Shown one piece after another: positions 57,129-64,000 of a stretch of 64,000 bases of DNA; position 1 is the stretch's first letter; every line of letters starts with the position of its first letter. Origin of the DNA: Eledone cirrhosa. Lineage: Eukaryota. The stretch covers positions 334,118,001-334,182,000 of the forward strand of contig OZ024741.1 of the NCBI GenBank assembly GCA_964016885.1, written 5' to 3'. The notes under the pieces were generated by a model. It was not told the DNA's origin and did no database searches. It was given only the letters and a program-made list of their open reading frames with translations. Both the position numbers and the translations under genes were made by a program.

Positions 57129-57998
57129 AGCCTAAGAAAATATATATATGCGTGTGTAAATAATTACATGCATACATTTATTTTTTTTTATTAATTGAGT
57201 TCTTAACACGTGGAATTGATAATGGTTTTGAAATAACTAATTAACCCGCATGTATTAAATATTTTACTCTTAATTTGGCCAGAAATTTACATTCCCAAAT
57301 GCCTTTTAAAGCGTAACTTTCCGTATTTACTACGGTTATGAGATGCGGCTTGTTATTTAGGTATCACTTCTGTTTTTAGCCTAAGAAAATATCTATATGC
57401 GTGTGTAATTAATACACGCATACATTTATTTTTTTAATATCAATTGAGTTCTTAACACGCTGGATTGATAATGTTTTTGGAAAAAACTAATTAACCCACG
57501 TGTATATTATTTTATTTTCTCGTGATTCGTGGTTGTCTCCCTTTCCCGCTTCGTGACGCTATGATACTTCCTCAGTCAAAAGACTGCTGGAATTTCAAAT
57601 TTGGCGGTCATTCGATGCGTGAAGGAGCAGCTTAGCAGACACGATTTCTAACTGCGGTAAGAATTTTTTCTTATATCAAAGTTTAATGGGCTTCCACTGA
57701 AGATTTATAAGTGCCCACCTAAATATATTCTTACTTGAATATATGTTAGGCTTCTACATAAACTGGAAACATTCTCCCAATTTGTAGAAATCTTATAATG
57801 AAACAATTGTTTGGAAAGAGAGATATATTTTAACTTTAATTATATCTCATAAAATAATACAACTGGCTTTCCACAAAATACATATAGTTAGCACCCCAAA
57901 CACTTAAATTGGGTTTATACTAACATATAACCTAATGTTTGTTGAGTGAGATGGTTACCAGTCGGAGTTTAGCTTAAAGCTATCTCTGTTATTGTATT
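57129..57998 (+). mobile_element. Non-coding module J: diverged ~249-bp direct repeat followed by an HHR-bearing segment
   Basis: AGCCTAAGAAAATAT at 57129 and 57378; flanked by (TA)n; HHR at 57692. Confidence 0.7.
57692..57816 (+). ncRNA. Type I hammerhead with ~80-nt loop II (module J)
   Basis: TTCCA-CTGAAGA-TTTATAAG(80 nt)CTTATAAT-GAAA-CAATTG-TT/TGGAA. Confidence 0.75.
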
Positions 57999-58035
57999 AA
58001 ATATATATATATATATTTATATATTTATATATATA

Positions 58036-58091
<56 letters not shown>

Positions 58092-58175
58092 CATATTTAT
58101 ATATATATATATATATATATACATATTTATATATATATATATATATTTATATATACATATTTATATATACATATT

Positions 58176-58212
<37 letters not shown>

Positions 58213-58237
58213 ATATATATACATATTTATATATACA

Positions 58238-58305
<68 letters not shown>

Positions 58306-60199
58306 AATTAAAATACTAGAGTGTGTTGGAGTTAAACACCCTCTTCATATTATAGAAATGACAGTAAAGGTATAGCTCAATGCAATTAAACAGAGACGAA
58401 GAATTATGAAAATAAACCAAAGAAGCCTTCAATACATCCAAAGTCTTTATTAGCCAACAATGTTCGTCCTATTAAGGACTCATCAGGGCAAGTAAAGTTA
58501 TAAGAAGCACTATCGGCCAATACAAGCCAAAAACTCAGAAGAATATGGAGTATACATACATTAAAGCATAGGAAAATTATCAAGTAAGAATTATCAAGTA
58601 AAAATTGCTAAGGAAGTGAATAACATTTTGAACCATATTACAAATATAGTACAATGCGAAAACTAAAACTAAACGCAAGTGGTGATATAAAGCGAGAATT
58701 ACAGTACTATATGTAATATAATATAATATAATATAATATAATTGATAAAGATAATAATAATAATATTAAAAGCCCAATATACATATATATATATACATAT
58801 GTACACATATATATATATATATATATATCAATACACATATCCATCAATACAAACACAAACTAACACTTATTAAGAGTTTAAATATAAATAAAAATATAAT
58901 ACATATATTATTTACAGTATAAAATGATAAAGAAATGAGTAAAATTAAACATATAATATATAATATACTATATAATTATATAATTTATAATCTCCGGTCA
59001 ATTTGCACAAACAATATAAATATTACAATAACACTATAATAACAATATTATAATACATTGGCATATAACTTAACAAATCATATAAAGTTACACAGGGTGA
59101 GAAAAAAATATCATACAGAACTAAATTGTGTTGAAAAAATTGTGCTGGAAAAATATCTATACCGTTGTAAGAAAACAGACGGAGGTCAAGTTTTTATACA
59201 ATTGGTATAAATAAATATTATCGAAACATTACAAAAATTATAAAAATATAAACATATTACAGAATTTACAAAATTTAACATAAGGGTACATCGAATAATC
59301 GGTAAACATTTAAGATCTATAGTACAATTACATTGAGTGATATGATATAACAACTTCAATATCAAATAATAAACATATTATAATATAAATAATTACGTGG
59401 TTGGTAGACAGACATATGTGAATAAGTGAATAAGAACCAGACAGAAAAACTACGCACGGTAATAAAAAAAATATAAATAAAATCAACCGGAAATCGAAAA
59501 ACAAAAACATGTATATTTACTTAGGTGTCACAAGTAAAAAAATTAGGAATCAAACCCGGATAAATGACTAGAAAACCCTATTAAATTAATTAATATTGAA
59601 AGTATCTAAAATATATAATAAGTCAATACAAAATTAGCTATGGTTTAAGTATTCAAAATCTCCAAAGTTTAAGATATCTCAATAAAAATATCCAGAATAG
59701 AATGAAATATTCTACTATCAGTTGAATAACGTGATCTAATAAACGAACTTTAAATAGAACTATGGTAGGCCAATGGGGACAGAAAAAGAAAGGTATGGAG
59801 GATACGAAGGAACATAAAATCATAATCAATATACTGTATTATACAATAGAAAGGAGCATACAAGGGAATTAAATATAATTATAGTATAATTGAAGGGGCG
59901 AATGACAAGTGTGTGTGTGGGGTGGGGGGGTGGGAGGGGGGTTAATTATCTAAATGAGAATCCAAATAAAATAAAATAAAATAAAATAATATAAAATAAA
60001 ATAAAATAAAATATATAATCAGATATAAACTCATAAGGTGCTAATAGTGAAAATATAATATTTAAGAAGATAGATATGGTATGGTAGCCAAAAGACTATG
60101 AAAGCTAGATCGAAAAGCTGTTAAAAACCAATAATAATAATGATAATGATGGTGGTAAACAAAATGAACCTAAACAAAAAAGATAAGGGAATATAGCAG

Positions 60200-61650
60200 C
60201 TAATGGATACAACTTACACTACCAGAACTTTTAGGTTTATAATAAAAGTAAGAATTAGAAATGGCGTGGGGGCAGGAAGAGAATATCTCAGACTTTCTAT
60301 TAAGTAAGGGTTCCCTAGAGAAAATTATAGAGTGGGTCTCAAGGATACAGAGATTACAGAATTTAGTGTGCGTTGATAGGTTATTAGAGCGTGCTACTAT
60401 TCGCCAATTAAGGCTATATGGTATATTAGCCCCCTTAAGATCCCAGATATGGTGTGCTAAAGAAGTAGAATTCTTAAACTTAACATGTTTAAAATTAGAG
60501 ATATGAGAATTAAACCTCGTCTTAAACGTGTTAGATGTTGAGCCTATATATGTGCTATAAGAGGAATTAGTTTTAATTACACAAGCATAAACGATGTTCC
60601 TAGCGAGGCAGTTACCGTTTAAAGGGCAGTTAACACTCACTCTACAGTTACACTTCCGGGTGCTATTAATCGGCTGAAGTAGTGATGCATCACTCGTAGG
60701 GTTACTATGAGATAAGGTCTGCTCGGGTGGTAAGGCATTTATGGATCTATCCAGACTAGTAGTACGCAGGGAGGAGTAGCCGTCCCTAATTTTCCCATTG
60801 TTAGTGCTAGCTAAATGAGAACTAATATTCGGGGTGGTAGAGAATGATAGTTTAATTACATTTTCATTAAAAATACCATGGTATTTATTAGTAGGAGGGA
60901 AATTTTTCTCTAAGAGAGAAAAGAAAGACCTAGGGATGTTAGTTAATACTTCCTGATCATATGGCGGGTTAAAATAAGTATTTAGTCTCGTTCTATTTCT
61001 ATCCTTACCAACTCTACCGTTATCTAATATCCCATTATTAAGATCTGGGTTACTACTATGACTAGCTAAAACCACATTATTAGAATCAGCCGAAACCCCG
61101 TTGAGTCTCTTTCTGTTTCTACCTCTAGTATATCTACTGCTATCTGGAATCATATCAATAGGATTAGGGCTAATAATAGGATCAGTAGAAACAACACTAT
61201 TAGAATTAGATTTAGCAAAAGCATTACCACTGAGTGAGCGCTTGGAGCTCCCAACTTGATACCTAGAACTATTAGATTCCCTATTACGAATCCGGTGGTT
61301 TACTTATGGATGGGTTCGGATACACCTATGTGATTTCTACGATTCTTATGCTTTCTACTCCCATTCATGGCCATATTATGGGATATTATGTTATTATTAT
61401 TATATGTAAGCGGAGACTTTCTAAGGTTACTATTATTATAATGTATTTTACCAGAGTAACCGGAGTTAGCTAGGGCATTATTATAGTACTCTGCATGTGC
61501 ATTAACTATTCCTATGTCCTTAGAGAGTGTGGAAATTCTATTAGATACACCATTAATTATAGAGCTTATCATAGATTTGGGGTGGTTAGAATTGGGACTA
61601 ACATAAGAGAGTATTTCATTAGGCTTATGGAAGGGTTTAAAACTATTAAA
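60200..61650 (-). pseudogene. PLE RT thumb, linker and GIY-YIG endonuclease fragment (frameshift near 61300)
   Basis: FNPPY, CNCR..CPLNGNCL, IVY..YIGST..FKTRFNSH, CNLC..E, LNRKSE..CPH; homologous to 20257-22578. Confidence 0.9.
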
Positions 61651-61895
61651 ATATTATATTATATTATATTACATATAGTACTGTAATTCTCGCTTTATAT
61701 CACCACTTGTGTTTAGTTTTAGTTTTCGCATTGTACTATATTTGTAATATGGTTCAAAATGTTATTCATTTCCTTAGCAATTTTTACTTGATAATTTTTA
61801 CTTGATAATTTTCCTATGCTTTAATGTATGTATACTCCATATTCTTCTGAGTTTTTGGCTTGTATTGGCCGATAGTGCTTCTTATAACTTTACTT

Positions 61896-61933
61896 GCCCT
61901 GATGAGTCCTTAATAGGACGAAACATTGTTGGC
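61896..61933 (+). ncRNA. Canonical minimal type I hammerhead (PLE C inverted arm); the copy at 58453-58489 (-) lacks one A of GAAA
   Basis: GCC-CTGATGA-GTCCT(taat)AGGAC-GAAA-CATTG-TT/GGC. Confidence 0.9.
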
Positions 61934-62050
61934 TAATAAAGACTTTTGATGTATTGAAGGCTTCTTTGGTTTATTTTCATAATATATATATATATATTTT
62001 TATATATATATATATTTATATATATATATATATTTGTATTTATATATATA

Positions 62051-62209
<159 letters not shown>

Positions 62210-62216
62210 ATATTTG

Positions 62217-62265
<49 letters not shown>

Positions 62266-62288
62266 ATACATATATTTATATATATATA

Positions 62289-62335
<47 letters not shown>

Positions 62336-62340
62336 GTATA

Positions 62341-62408
<68 letters not shown>

Positions 62409-62421
62409 ATATATCTATATC

Positions 62422-64000
<1,579 letters not shown>

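Larger units (their letters stand above)
58302..61982 (-). mobile_element. 5'-truncated Penelope-like element C (Naiad-like) with ~1.9 kb 3' region and inverted arm ~61651-61982
   Basis: Thumb (SNHP..RISTLS) and GIY-YIG ORFs; the right end inverts ~58403-58735; HHR in both copies. Confidence 0.88.

Overview
Eukaryotic, extremely AT-rich, repeat-saturated DNA with no recognisable host gene. The (TA)n tracts, Deu/Nin-type tRNA SINEs and RTE/CR1/Penelope mix suggest a cephalopod (Octopus-like) genome, which is inference. Long degenerate (TA)n tracts alternate with discrete insertions. These are three Penelope-like retroelements (one Neptune-like and disrupted, one Naiad-like with an intact 773-aa RT+GIY-YIG ORF, one 5'-truncated), five RTE-clade LINE copies (one with an uninterrupted 1044-aa APE-RT ORF) and two CR1-like LINEs. 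Most notably, there are about ten non-coding ~0.3-0.6 kb-unit modules, most carrying a type I hammerhead ribozyme (HHR) read by eye, and most built like the Penelope copies (tandem units plus an inverted arm on the 5' side of the ribozyme-sense strand). They look like a diverse set of TA-targeted, Penelope-mobilised retrozyme-like elements. Several have unusual hammerheads (U3-A8 core, 37-82 nt stem-II loops, 8-10 nt palindromic stem III). Nearly all Y/I-rich ORFs in the track are microsatellite artefacts. Coordinates were counted by hand and may be off by a few bases.
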